DNA of 64,000 nucleotides, taken from positions 22,187 through 86,186 of the forward strand of contig DASSBR010000053.1 in the NCBI GenBank assembly GCA_035698525.1, read 5' to 3'. How positions within the stretch are numbered: position 1 is the stretch's first letter; every line of letters begins with the position of its first letter. A program made the translations under genes and the position numbers. Of the stretch, positions 44,631 through 53,315 are shown piece by piece. Below the pieces are notes generated by a model. The model made no database searches. It had not been told where the DNA came from and worked only from the letters and a program-made list of their open reading frames with translations. Origin of the DNA: Gammaproteobacteria bacterium. Its GTDB lineage: Bacteria > Pseudomonadota > Gammaproteobacteria > Natronospirales > DASSBR01.

Positions 44631-45986
44631 ATGAGAAAACTGCTTGAAGACGCGACGCGGCGCGCCATCGCCTATCTCGACGGCCTCGACTCGCGTGCTG
44701 TCGCGCCGCCGCCCGACGCGGTTGAAAAGCTGACTGCGCTCGACGCCCCGCTGCCGGAGGGATCGAGCGATGCCGAGACGACATTGGCGTTGCTGGACGA
44801 TGTCTGCTCCCCGGCCACGCTGGCAACGGCGGGGCCGCGCTTTTTCGGTTTCGTCATCGGCGGCGTGCTGCCCGTCACGCTGGCCGCCAACTGGCTGGCC
44901 GGCGCGTGGGACCAGAATTCGGCGCTCTACAACGTCACGCCGGCGACGGCGCGCCTCGAACAGGTCGCATTAGGCTGGCTGCTCGAACTTTTCGGACTGC
45001 CCCGCGACTGCGGCGGAGCCTTCGTGACCGGCGCGACGGTCGCAAACCTGAGCGCACTCGCCGCAGCGCGACATGCGGTGCTCGAGCGCGTCGGATGGCA
45101 CGTCGAGGCGGATGGCTTGTTCGGTGCGCCGCCGATCACCGTCGTTGTCGGCGGCGAAGTCCATCCGACACTCGCCAAATCGCTGGGCTTGTTGGGGTTG
45201 GGACGGAGTCGCGTCGTTAGTGTGCCGGTGGATTCACAAGGCCGGATGCGGGTCGACGCGTTGCCGCCGTTTTCCGGCCCGACGATCGTCTGCGTGCAGG
45301 CCGGCAACGTCAACACCGGCGCCTTCGATCCGATCCCGGCCATTTGCGAAGCGGCGCACGCGGCTGGCGCCTGGGTGCATGTTGACGGTGCGTTCGGCTT
45401 ATGGGCTGCCGCCGTTCCTTCGATGGCGCCGCTTGCCGCCGGGATAGCCGAGGCCGATTCCTGGGCGACCGACTTCCATAAATGGCTCAACGTCCCGTAC
45501 GACAGCGGACTGGCGCTGGTGCGCGATGCCGAAGCGCTGCGCGCCGCGATGGCCATTACGGCGGAGTATCTTCCGACCGCCAGTGCGCTGCGCAACCCGT
45601 CGGACTTCACGCCCGAGTTGTCGCGGCGTGGCCGGGGCGTCGAGGTATGGGCCGCGCTGCACACGCTTGGCCGCAGTGGCGTCATCGAGCTGGTCGAGCG
45701 CACGTGCCGCCATGCGAGACGCTTTGCGGCCGGTTTCGAGGCCGCCGGTTATCGAGTTCTCAATGACGTGGTGCTTAACCAGGTGCTGGTCGAATTCGGC
45801 GACACGGACACAACGCTGCGCGTGATTGCGGAAATCCAGAAGGACGGAACCTGCTGGTGCGGTAGTACCGAGTGGCAGGGCCACACAGCCATGCGCATCA
45901 GCGTTTCGTCGTGGGCAACCACGGACGAAGATGTCGAGCGGAGTCTGAAGGCGATGATCCGTGTCGCCCGGCGCCCGTTTACCTGA
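44631..45986 (+). CDS. PLP-dependent (group II-like) decarboxylase family protein
   Basis: 451 aa. GATVANLSALAAAR, HVDGAFG, and the FHKWLNVPYDSG lysine motif. Confidence 0.75.
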   Translation: MRKLLEDATRRAIAYLDGLDSRAVAPPPDAVEKLTALDAPLPEGSSDAETTLALLDDVCSPATLATAGPRFFGFVIGGVLPVTLAANWLAGAWDQNSALYNVTPATARLEQVALGWLLELFGLPRDCGGAFVTGATVANLSALAAARHAVLERVGWHVEADGLFGAPPITVVVGGEVHPTLAKSLGLLGLGRSRVVSVPVDSQGRMRVDALPPFSGPTIVCVQAGNVNTGAFDPIPAICEAAHAAGAWVHVDGAFGLWAAAVPSMAPLAAGIAEADSWATDFHKWLNVPYDSGLALVRDAEALRAAMAITAEYLPTASALRNPSDFTPELSRRGRGVEVWAALHTLGRSGVIELVERTCRHARRFAAGFEAAGYRVLNDVVLNQVLVEFGDTDTTLRVIAEIQKDGTCWCGSTEWQGHTAMRISVSSWATTDEDVERSLKAMIRVARRPFT

Positions 45987-46422
45987 TACCGCCCGCAGCG
46001 CGACCTATGACGACGGCGTCGCTCGGGATGATCTGCACACCGATCGGCCACAGCGAAATCAAGGCCAGTTTCAGGTGCTGAATCCCGAAAGGGATGCCGA
46101 TAATCGTGACGAAATCGGCGATGGCGCTGCCCAAATGGCCGAGCGCGAGCCACCAGCCAAAGACAATGAGCCAGATGATGTTACCCACCATGCCCAAGGG
46201 GCCAGTGCCGATATCTTCCCGGCCGGAGAGTTGGCGCCGGCTCACGGCCTCGCGCCCGAACGGCCAGAAGGTAAAGCTGCCGATCACGAAGCAGGCGCGG
46301 CCCCAGGGGATGCCGACGATGGAGATGAAGGCGATAACGCCCACCAGCCACCACGCGATTCCCATGAAGAAGCCGCCGAGGACGAACCACAAAATATTTC
46401 CGATCAGTCGTAACAAGCCCAT
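45979..46422 (-). CDS. yccF: YccF-family inner-membrane protein
   Basis: ATG 46422 follows GGAGAAAG. The duplicated motif NILWFVLGGFFMGIAWWLVG / NIIWLIVFGWWLALGHLGSA is typical of YccF. Confidence 0.8.
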   Translation of the reverse strand: MGLLRLIGNILWFVLGGFFMGIAWWLVGVIAFISIVGIPWGRACFVIGSFTFWPFGREAVSRRQLSGREDIGTGPLGMVGNIIWLIVFGWWLALGHLGSAIADFVTIIGIPFGIQHLKLALISLWPIGVQIIPSDAVVIGRAAGGIR

Positions 46423-46541
46423 GTCTTTCTCCGGTTGACGGCGGATACGGTACGCGAATGATAGCGCATATGGACGGGTGTCCCTGCGCGGCGTATAAGA
46501 ACCGGGCGGGCAGCGGACCGATCCGTTTATCGAGGTGCAGC

Positions 46542-47474
46542 ATGAACAGGGTGATGAAAATCGTGCGGTTTGGTGTGTTCTTCTTTGCCGCGAGTGCAAT
46601 CTTTGTCGGCGTGTCCATGACGGCGCGAGCCGATGAGGCGCCGCCGACGATCAACATCTGGCCGGGTGTCGCGCCCGGCTCCGAGCACTGGACGTGGAAG
46701 GAGAGGGTGTTCCGCAACGTCGAGGTCGGGGGCAAACACCTTGGCACCATCATCGAAGACGTGGTGACGCCGACGCTCACGATCTACCTGCCGGAACGCG
46801 GCAAGGCCACCGGTGCCGGTGTTGTCGTCGCCCCCGGAGGTGCGTGCATCGGCCTGGCGATGGACATTGAAGGCGCCGATGTCGCGCGCGAATTGCAGAA
46901 GCGGGGCATCGCGGCATTTGTGCTGAAGTACCGGCTCAAGCACAAACTGGTGGAAGGGATGCCGAAGAATCTAAATGAAGATGAAGCGTGTCGCTGGGGC
47001 ATCGCCGACGCGGTGCAGGCGCTCAAGGTCGTGCGCCGGCATTCAAGACAATGGAATGTGTCGCCAAACCGGGTCGGCATCGTCGGCTTTTCCGCGGGCG
47101 GCATGCTCGCCAGCGAAACCCTGGCGCAGAAGGACGCGGCCCTGCGTCCGGATTTTGCGGGGCTGATTTACGGTGCGCCGTTCGCGTCGATGCCGGCCAT
47201 TCCGGCCACACTGCCGGAAGGCTACAAGCTGGTCAGTCCGGCGCTGCCTCCGGTCTTCATGGCATGGGCGCAGGATGACACTGATGCGGACTATGCGATG
47301 GTACGGTTCTACAAGTTGCTGAAGGCGGAAGGCTACGCGCCCGAGGCACACATTTATCACGCGGGTGGCCACGGCTTCGGTCTCGGCAAGCGAGGGGCCA
47401 CAAACAGCCACTGGCTTCAGGAATTCTATTGGTGGCTGCAGGCCGAAGGCTTCACAAAACCGATCGCGAAATAA
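46542..47474 (+). CDS. secreted alpha/beta hydrolase (esterase)
   Basis: Signal peptide, then VVVAPGGA...FVLKYRL and the nucleophile elbow GFSAGG. GAGGTG RBS. Confidence 0.7.
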   Translation: MNRVMKIVRFGVFFFAASAIFVGVSMTARADEAPPTINIWPGVAPGSEHWTWKERVFRNVEVGGKHLGTIIEDVVTPTLTIYLPERGKATGAGVVVAPGGACIGLAMDIEGADVARELQKRGIAAFVLKYRLKHKLVEGMPKNLNEDEACRWGIADAVQALKVVRRHSRQWNVSPNRVGIVGFSAGGMLASETLAQKDAALRPDFAGLIYGAPFASMPAIPATLPEGYKLVSPALPPVFMAWAQDDTDADYAMVRFYKLLKAEGYAPEAHIYHAGGHGFGLGKRGATNSHWLQEFYWWLQAEGFTKPIAK

Positions 47475-47485
47475 GGAATCGAGAC

Positions 47486-47803
47486 TTATCCGCTTCCCAT
47501 GCTCAAGCCCATCGCGACGCTCGCGCCGACGATCGTCATGGCCGAAAGCGCAATGCCCAGTATCGAGAAGGACTTGCGGCGCGGCTGCGCAATGCCATGT
47601 ATGCCAAGCCGCAGGGCGATCAGCGCGCCGATCAGGCATACGAACAGGATCACCGGGAATCTGATGTCGATGGTTTCGCCGGGGCCGAGCGCCGACGCGG
47701 ACCCGGAACCGAAGTAAAGTGCGGAAGCCGCCGTCAGCGCGGCGCTGGCGATACCGACTGCCACCGATGCGATTCCGGTTCCGGGATGTCTAGTCGATTT
47801 CAC
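47486..47803 (-). CDS. small hypothetical membrane protein
   Basis: The GTG at 47803 overlaps the upstream GNAT stop (GTGA). Three hydrophobic helices. The track ORF extends further into the GNAT gene and was trimmed. Confidence 0.4.
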   Translation of the reverse strand: MKSTRHPGTGIASVAVGIASAALTAASALYFGSGSASALGPGETIDIRFPVILFVCLIGALIALRLGIHGIAQPRRKSFSILGIALSAMTIVGASVAMGLSMGSG

Positions 47804-48279
47804 TGCGTCCCACTCATGCAATCCTGCCACTCCAGAAATACGTCCGCGCGCGCATACGGGGAGGGCTCGCTCGGGGTGAAATCGGTGAAGCCGAAGCGGC
47901 GATAGAGCGCAATGGCATTCGTCAGCCGGCTGTTGGTCTGCAACCACAGGCGCGTGCCGCCGCGTTCGCGAAAACGGCGGATCAGCATTTCGAGGATCTT
48001 CCCGCCGATGCCTTGGCCGCGCATGTCCGGCCGCACCGCCATCTTGGCGATTTCGTAGCGGCCTTCGCCCTCGTGAAATAGGGCGCCCGTGCCCACGATT
48101 TCGCCATTCAGTCGCGCCAGCCAGATTTCGCCGCCATCGTCGACGATGCGCTCGGGCTGCGATAGTTGCGCCTCGTCATGCGCTTCGACGCGGAACAGCG
48201 TACTGACCCACTCGAGGTTGAGGTCGCGGAAAACCGCGCTGTGCTCGATGGTGAACGGAATGATCTCAATCGTCGGCAC
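47800..48279 (-). CDS. GNAT-family N-acetyltransferase
   Basis: Acetyl-CoA motif VRPDMRGQGIGGKILEML...AIALYRRFGF. Start is either GTG 48279, or ATG 48354 if it overlaps the upstream gene. Confidence 0.75.
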   Translation of the reverse strand: MPTIEIIPFTIEHSAVFRDLNLEWVSTLFRVEAHDEAQLSQPERIVDDGGEIWLARLNGEIVGTGALFHEGEGRYEIAKMAVRPDMRGQGIGGKILEMLIRRFRERGGTRLWLQTNSRLTNAIALYRRFGFTDFTPSEPSPYARADVFLEWQDCMSGTQ

Positions 48280-48301
48280 GTCTAGCCATCTTGTCCATAC
48301 G

Positions 48302-50071
48302 CTATGGCCATTGAGTGAGGTCTCCAAAACACAGGGTCTGCGCTGCCGTGTCATCGCCTGTCACGGTGGAAATGACGGTCTTCGATCCATCCGCGGCCTT
48401 GGAGTAGGTCGTGCATTTCGGTGTGAGGCTGACATAAGTGGCCAAAAAATTGTCGCCCTCGACCGTCACGGAGAACCACTCGTTCGGTTGCAGGCCCGCT
48501 TTCATGTCGGTTATCTGCGATGGCGACCAGGGCAGATCTTCAATTTCCTTCGCGCCGGCTTCCGCGTCGAAGGTGTCCCGTTGCGAATACAGCGACGTGG
48601 TCGCCAGGTACTTGATGCGGCTCGTGTCCAGGGCATTGACGTCAAAGCTGTACTGTACGGTCGACTTCCAGTACCCGTTGGCGGTGACGCGCGGGAAAAT
48701 CTCCGAACGGAAGACATAGACCAGTGGCGCATCCTCATACTGACAGTCGATCGGCGGATCCTGATTCTGGCCACCGTAATACTCACCTTCGAGGAACTGC
48801 GGTTCGGTGATGCCGTCGGCGCTCTGGTCGCCATCTTTGTACGGCATGGCATCAGGATTTTCAACGATGAATCGGTCGGCAAGGTAACAGCGATAATCGG
48901 CCAGGTCGTCCTTCCAATCCAGCCAGAACGTGTTGCCCAGGTGCAGGTCGTAACCGGTCGATTCGTCCGTGCGGACCCAGTCCACGACGTCCTTGTAGGA
49001 TTTCGCTGTCTTCAGCAAGCTGTCCAGTTCGACCGGCTGGTACGTGCAGGCGCCGGTCGGGCCCTCGCCGCATTGCCAGTCGACCAGATATTGACCGCCG
49101 AGCAGGTAAACCCCGTTTGCGGTGAGGAGTTCGGTTGCGGTCCATCCAGCACCGTCGGTAGTTTGCGCGTCGCCGTAAATCGATACGGTTAACGGAATCG
49201 CTTCAGGTGTGTTCCCCGCCAGGATGTCCGCGATGACCGACGTGTCGGGAAATATATTGATATTCGCGGGCGAGTCGTACGAGGCGAGAAATTTCTTCTG
49301 AAACTCGCTCGCCAACTGGTATGTCGCCTTGAAGTAGTCGCTGAGTACAGCCGCGGCTTGCGCCCTTTGACCATTGCCGTTCTTCACGAAATCGTCGTAA
49401 AAGGTCACCAACGAAATGCCTGCGGGCTGAAGAATGTTCTTTTGTATGGAATCGAGTTGGCTGGATACCTCGGCTGCGACCTCGCCGGCCGGGGATCCGC
49501 AACCGTCGCTCACAGCGATACTTTGTACGTCGGCCGAATCTTTGGCGTCCGCCACGACCGCAGCGAGCAGCGTTGTAAAAGGCGTGATGTTTACGTCCGC
49601 TTGCGTGTCTGTGTCGCCGGCGAGGCCAGGCGGCAGATAAACAAGTTTGAAGGGCGCGTTGACCAGGCCCCGATCGGTATCCTCGGCACCCTGTGGCACC
49701 TCGGCGACTATCGGCCGCTCACTGTAGCAGGGAAAGTCTGACAAGTCGGCGTCGCTGAATTCGAAATTGCCGTTCTCGGCAGAGGTGGCGACCGGTTCGC
49801 CTTCGTCATAACTGAGCGACCAGTTGACGTCGATAAATACCTTTGCGCCCTTTACGTAGCCATCAATGACATGCCCATCGATCGCCGGCGCCGGCGGCTG
49901 GGGAGAGGTGGTATCGCCGGCGCCAGACGACGCTCCGGAATCGGGAGGAGGAGATGCGGTGCCTCCGTCGCTGCCACCGCCGCCGCCGCAACCGCCAAGC
50001 AGTAACACAGCAAAACCGAGTACCAAAATCAGGCCGCGATGAACCGGCCTTGTCATGCCGAAGCTCGTCAT
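48302..50071 (-). CDS. large hypothetical lipoprotein
   Basis: Lipobox LLLGGC followed by a Gly/Ser/Pro-rich linker (GGGGGSDGGTASPPPDSGASSGAGDTTSPQPPAP). 589 aa, acidic, with no recognised catalytic motif. Confidence 0.6.
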   Translation of the reverse strand: MTSFGMTRPVHRGLILVLGFAVLLLGGCGGGGGSDGGTASPPPDSGASSGAGDTTSPQPPAPAIDGHVIDGYVKGAKVFIDVNWSLSYDEGEPVATSAENGNFEFSDADLSDFPCYSERPIVAEVPQGAEDTDRGLVNAPFKLVYLPPGLAGDTDTQADVNITPFTTLLAAVVADAKDSADVQSIAVSDGCGSPAGEVAAEVSSQLDSIQKNILQPAGISLVTFYDDFVKNGNGQRAQAAAVLSDYFKATYQLASEFQKKFLASYDSPANINIFPDTSVIADILAGNTPEAIPLTVSIYGDAQTTDGAGWTATELLTANGVYLLGGQYLVDWQCGEGPTGACTYQPVELDSLLKTAKSYKDVVDWVRTDESTGYDLHLGNTFWLDWKDDLADYRCYLADRFIVENPDAMPYKDGDQSADGITEPQFLEGEYYGGQNQDPPIDCQYEDAPLVYVFRSEIFPRVTANGYWKSTVQYSFDVNALDTSRIKYLATTSLYSQRDTFDAEAGAKEIEDLPWSPSQITDMKAGLQPNEWFSVTVEGDNFLATYVSLTPKCTTYSKAADGSKTVISTVTGDDTAAQTLCFGDLTQWP

Positions 50072-50333
50072 AAATCCCCCTTTCGTTGCTCACATTTACT
50101 TATACCGCAACTCGATAACTCGTTCAAAGCGGTAAAAGCTTGACTAAGCCTGTGCAAGAGAGTGATAAAACAGAAATAGCAGCACGCGCCATAAATAGCC
50201 TGCTCAACGAGATCGAGGAGAACTCGGCGCAATGACGTTTTATGATGTGGTCGCTTGCTCTGTGCCTGACTCGGCTACGTCGGCATCAATGGGCGATTGG
50301 CAAGGCGAAGTTGCGACTTCCCGCTTCTCTTCC

Positions 50334-50891
50334 TCAGGGCCACAGCCACCCGAACAACGCGCCGGTCACGAGTCCGTAGATGAGCCCATCGATCACTTCC
50401 TTGCAGACGACTTTCCACGGCTGGCCGACCCAAATTCCAGTCGGAATCGAGGCAAAGGCGTAGGCCATGAAGCCGATGGTGCCGACGACGCGGAAGACCT
50501 GAATGAGAGGCGCACCCACCGTTAGCGTGCTCGCGGCGATGTAGGCGCAGAAGACCGAGACAATCAGCGAGTAAACGAACCATTGGATGAGGCTTCGGCC
50601 CATCCTCATCGGGCCGGGCCGGCGGAGAAGCAGGACGCCAACCGGGCCATCCTTGAACTTCACCTTCGTTTCCAGCTTTTTCATGTCTTCCATGTGGCAG
50701 TACGGCATCATGTACATGCCGGCTTTCGCGCGGCCGTTGCGGATCGCCGCGGCAACTTCATTTTCGTTCGGCAGCTCCTGATAGTCCGAACCGTGCCAGA
50801 ATTTCAGGAGCATGTGCAGTATTGAGCTGGCAATGAACACGCCGACAGCAGAAAGCAGGGTGGGCAGCCAGAGTTGCGCTATTGAGGCCAT
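50334..50891 (-). CDS. hypothetical membrane protein
   Basis: 185 aa with hydrophobic helices at both ends and a soluble middle segment. No motif recognised. Confidence 0.5.
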   Translation of the reverse strand: MASIAQLWLPTLLSAVGVFIASSILHMLLKFWHGSDYQELPNENEVAAAIRNGRAKAGMYMMPYCHMEDMKKLETKVKFKDGPVGVLLLRRPGPMRMGRSLIQWFVYSLIVSVFCAYIAASTLTVGAPLIQVFRVVGTIGFMAYAFASIPTGIWVGQPWKVVCKEVIDGLIYGLVTGALFGWLWP

Positions 50892-50998
50892 GAGAGCCTT
50901 CCTTGTAGTTGTGCAGGACTAACGAAACTATAGCTGGATTTTACTAAATTTCCACCTGGCGGCGACGGCCTCGTGGTTTTCGTGTGTGTTTCCGACGT

Positions 50999-51676
50999 TC
51001 AATATCCGGGCAGGATGTTTTCCAACCGTTGCAGGTCGTTGATAACGCGCCATTGGCCGCCGGTCTTTTCGACGCGCTTCTTCCAGGATGCGACGCGGTC
51101 AAGGTACTCGCGCGGATCGACGTTGTCGCTGCGCAATTTTGTCACGTTCAACGCAAGGACCTGCACGCCGTTCAGTTTCAGGGCGACATCGCGCACGTAT
51201 CCTTTGGGCAGATCTTCTTTCAAGTCGGAGAAGATCAATATGATCTTCTGGTCGGGGTTTATTTCATTTAACCAGCCGATACCCTGCAGAACGCCACCGG
51301 TGATATCCGTATAGGCGGAAGGGTGAACAGAACCGACAAAATGTCTTATCTGTTTCACAAACTGGCGTTTTTGTTTGTTGGCCACGCTGGGGCGGTCGGC
51401 AAACGTGGTCTGGGCGATGATGTCCTTCTCGCTGAAACTGGCGGTATCGATTCTGGCCACGGCCATCGAATCACCGGGTTTCAAGCGCGTCAGGAGATAG
51501 CTGATGATTTGCTGGGCCTTGTCGATCTCCTTGGTGTACGTGCCCGACGTATCAAGCAGCATGTAAACACCGCGTGTAGGCGTGTGGCCCATGCCTCCAC
51601 ATGCTGTCAGCGCGACCATGCTGACGCCAAGCACCAGCGTCAATTTCAGCGACTTTCGATTGAATAGCTTGCGCAT
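50999..51676 (-). CDS. von Willebrand factor A (VWA) domain lipoprotein
   Basis: Lipobox ALTAC. MIDAS-like LLDTSGT, YTDITGG, ILIFSDLKED. It starts 2 nt after the upstream gene's stop. Confidence 0.7.
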   Translation of the reverse strand: MRKLFNRKSLKLTLVLGVSMVALTACGGMGHTPTRGVYMLLDTSGTYTKEIDKAQQIISYLLTRLKPGDSMAVARIDTASFSEKDIIAQTTFADRPSVANKQKRQFVKQIRHFVGSVHPSAYTDITGGVLQGIGWLNEINPDQKIILIFSDLKEDLPKGYVRDVALKLNGVQVLALNVTKLRSDNVDPREYLDRVASWKKRVEKTGGQWRVINDLQRLENILPGY

Positions 51677-51678
51677 GT

Positions 51679-53106
51679 TTATAACCCTTCTACTGCAGGC
51701 TTTCTGTCGCCGTTCTGCGCCCTGTAATTTTTTATCAGACTTTCAATCCACAAGGGCAGAAAGATGACCAGATCGTAAACATTGATCAGCAGGTTGGCTG
51801 TGCCGTGGAGTACGTTGCCGGTAACGCGCAAGGTAACGGCCAGGAAACGCAATACCGCGGCAGCGGCAATGCCCAGCACCGAACGCAGCGAATGGATAAA
51901 CGTTTCCAGGGGAATCGCCACGAAGGTCAATGCAAAGGGCAGGATGAAGCTCATGCCCATTTGTGCTGCAGTGGTGATCCATGAGTGCGTCGGCTGAGCA
52001 AGAGCTGCTTCGTTACCGCGCAGGAAAGCAGAGGTTTCCAGCGAGTTCTGCATCAGAATCTCACGCATGAACGCCAACCCGGCCTCCACACAGGCAAGAC
52101 ACAACAAAATGCTGAACACGATCCACATCATGCGGGTGCGAATGCGGTCGTTCAATGCGCCGATGACTGGAAACAGGCGGGTGATCCGCAGCGATTCCAT
52201 CAGGAAAAGTCCCATGGAGACCTCAACCAGAATAATCACCAATGCGGCGATGTCCGCGACCTGCCAACCCCCGAGCGTGTTGGTGCCGCCGACCATTTCA
52301 GCCATCGGGCGGGCGATAAGATTGAAATTGATGAACGAACCGCCCACCGCGATCAACAATACAAACGCGGAGATGAAAAATTGCGTCAACGATGACGCGG
52401 ACAATGTCCGTACGGCCCGGTCGGTACCGCGCACGCTCTGCTCGTAATTGTCCATGTGCCGGTCTATGGTCTTGGTGCGATCCAGCAGGCCGGTAACGTT
52501 CTTGTCCATGTGGTTCAGCATGGCCGTCGCCTGACGCCAATAGGGCAGGGCGCGCTTGAGCAGTTGGTGGCGTTCGCGGCTGGAGTCGCGATAGGCCGCG
52601 AGCGCCTGGCTTTCGGCCTTGACCAGCGAGCTGTGGATATTATCCAGCACGTCGCGCACCATGGGTTCGCTGCGAGCCGGAATATTGGCCACCGCTTCAA
52701 CCGCCTTTGCCCAGCCGGCTGGAGAGGGCGGCACCTCGGCACTCTTGACGTAGTCTTCCTCGATAGAGGTAATGGCTTCGCTGAGTTTGCGCTGCAACGA
52801 TAGGTATTCAGCCAGTTCGTGTTGAACGGCAGTGTCCACCCGGTCGAACTCGCGCTCGACGATGCGTTCGCTCGCCTCTCGGCCCGCCGCGAGCAGGACC
52901 TCGCGATTGCGCAATACCAGGCGTTGTTCGGCCTGTTGCAGACTGGAGGCGGCCACGCGAAGACCATGATGCAGCGCGCGGGCCAGCGCTTTAATGGCTT
53001 GGTGGAATGGCTTCCGGGCGCCGTAAAGAACCAGAATTGCCAACACTATCCAGAGAATCAGCGATAACGCCAGGCTGGATGTGATCATGTACCAATCGTT
53101 TTGCAT
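51679..53106 (-). CDS. hypothetical multi-pass membrane protein with long helical cytoplasmic segment
   Basis: ATG 53106 follows GGAGGGG. One N-terminal TM helix, about 220 aa of helical or coiled segment, then about 6 TM helices. Forms an operon with the VWA gene. Confidence 0.6.
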   Translation of the reverse strand: MQNDWYMITSSLALSLILWIVLAILVLYGARKPFHQAIKALARALHHGLRVAASSLQQAEQRLVLRNREVLLAAGREASERIVEREFDRVDTAVQHELAEYLSLQRKLSEAITSIEEDYVKSAEVPPSPAGWAKAVEAVANIPARSEPMVRDVLDNIHSSLVKAESQALAAYRDSSRERHQLLKRALPYWRQATAMLNHMDKNVTGLLDRTKTIDRHMDNYEQSVRGTDRAVRTLSASSLTQFFISAFVLLIAVGGSFINFNLIARPMAEMVGGTNTLGGWQVADIAALVIILVEVSMGLFLMESLRITRLFPVIGALNDRIRTRMMWIVFSILLCLACVEAGLAFMREILMQNSLETSAFLRGNEAALAQPTHSWITTAAQMGMSFILPFALTFVAIPLETFIHSLRSVLGIAAAAVLRFLAVTLRVTGNVLHGTANLLINVYDLVIFLPLWIESLIKNYRAQNGDRKPAVEGL

Positions 53107-53264
53107 TGTTCCCCTCCACACGCGCTTGCGGCGCTTGATTCAGGCCAGAGGCTGGTCACGAGTCGACCTGAGCATAGGACGGCAGGGAAGACGGGCGGCT
53201 GAAATATTTGCCGGACGGCGATATCGCGGGGACGAGTGGTAAATCGGCGGAGGGGACTGGACGT

Positions 53265-53301
53265 AAAAAAAAGCCGCGCACGCCGGTTGGACGTGCGCGG
53301 C
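53265..53301 (-). terminator. rho-independent terminator after the M13 peptidase gene
   Basis: The minus strand reads GCCGCGCACG-tccaaccgg-CGTGCGCGGC (perfect 10-bp stem) followed by TTTTTTTT. Confidence 0.85.
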
Positions 53302-53315
53302 GTTAAAGGGTCGTA

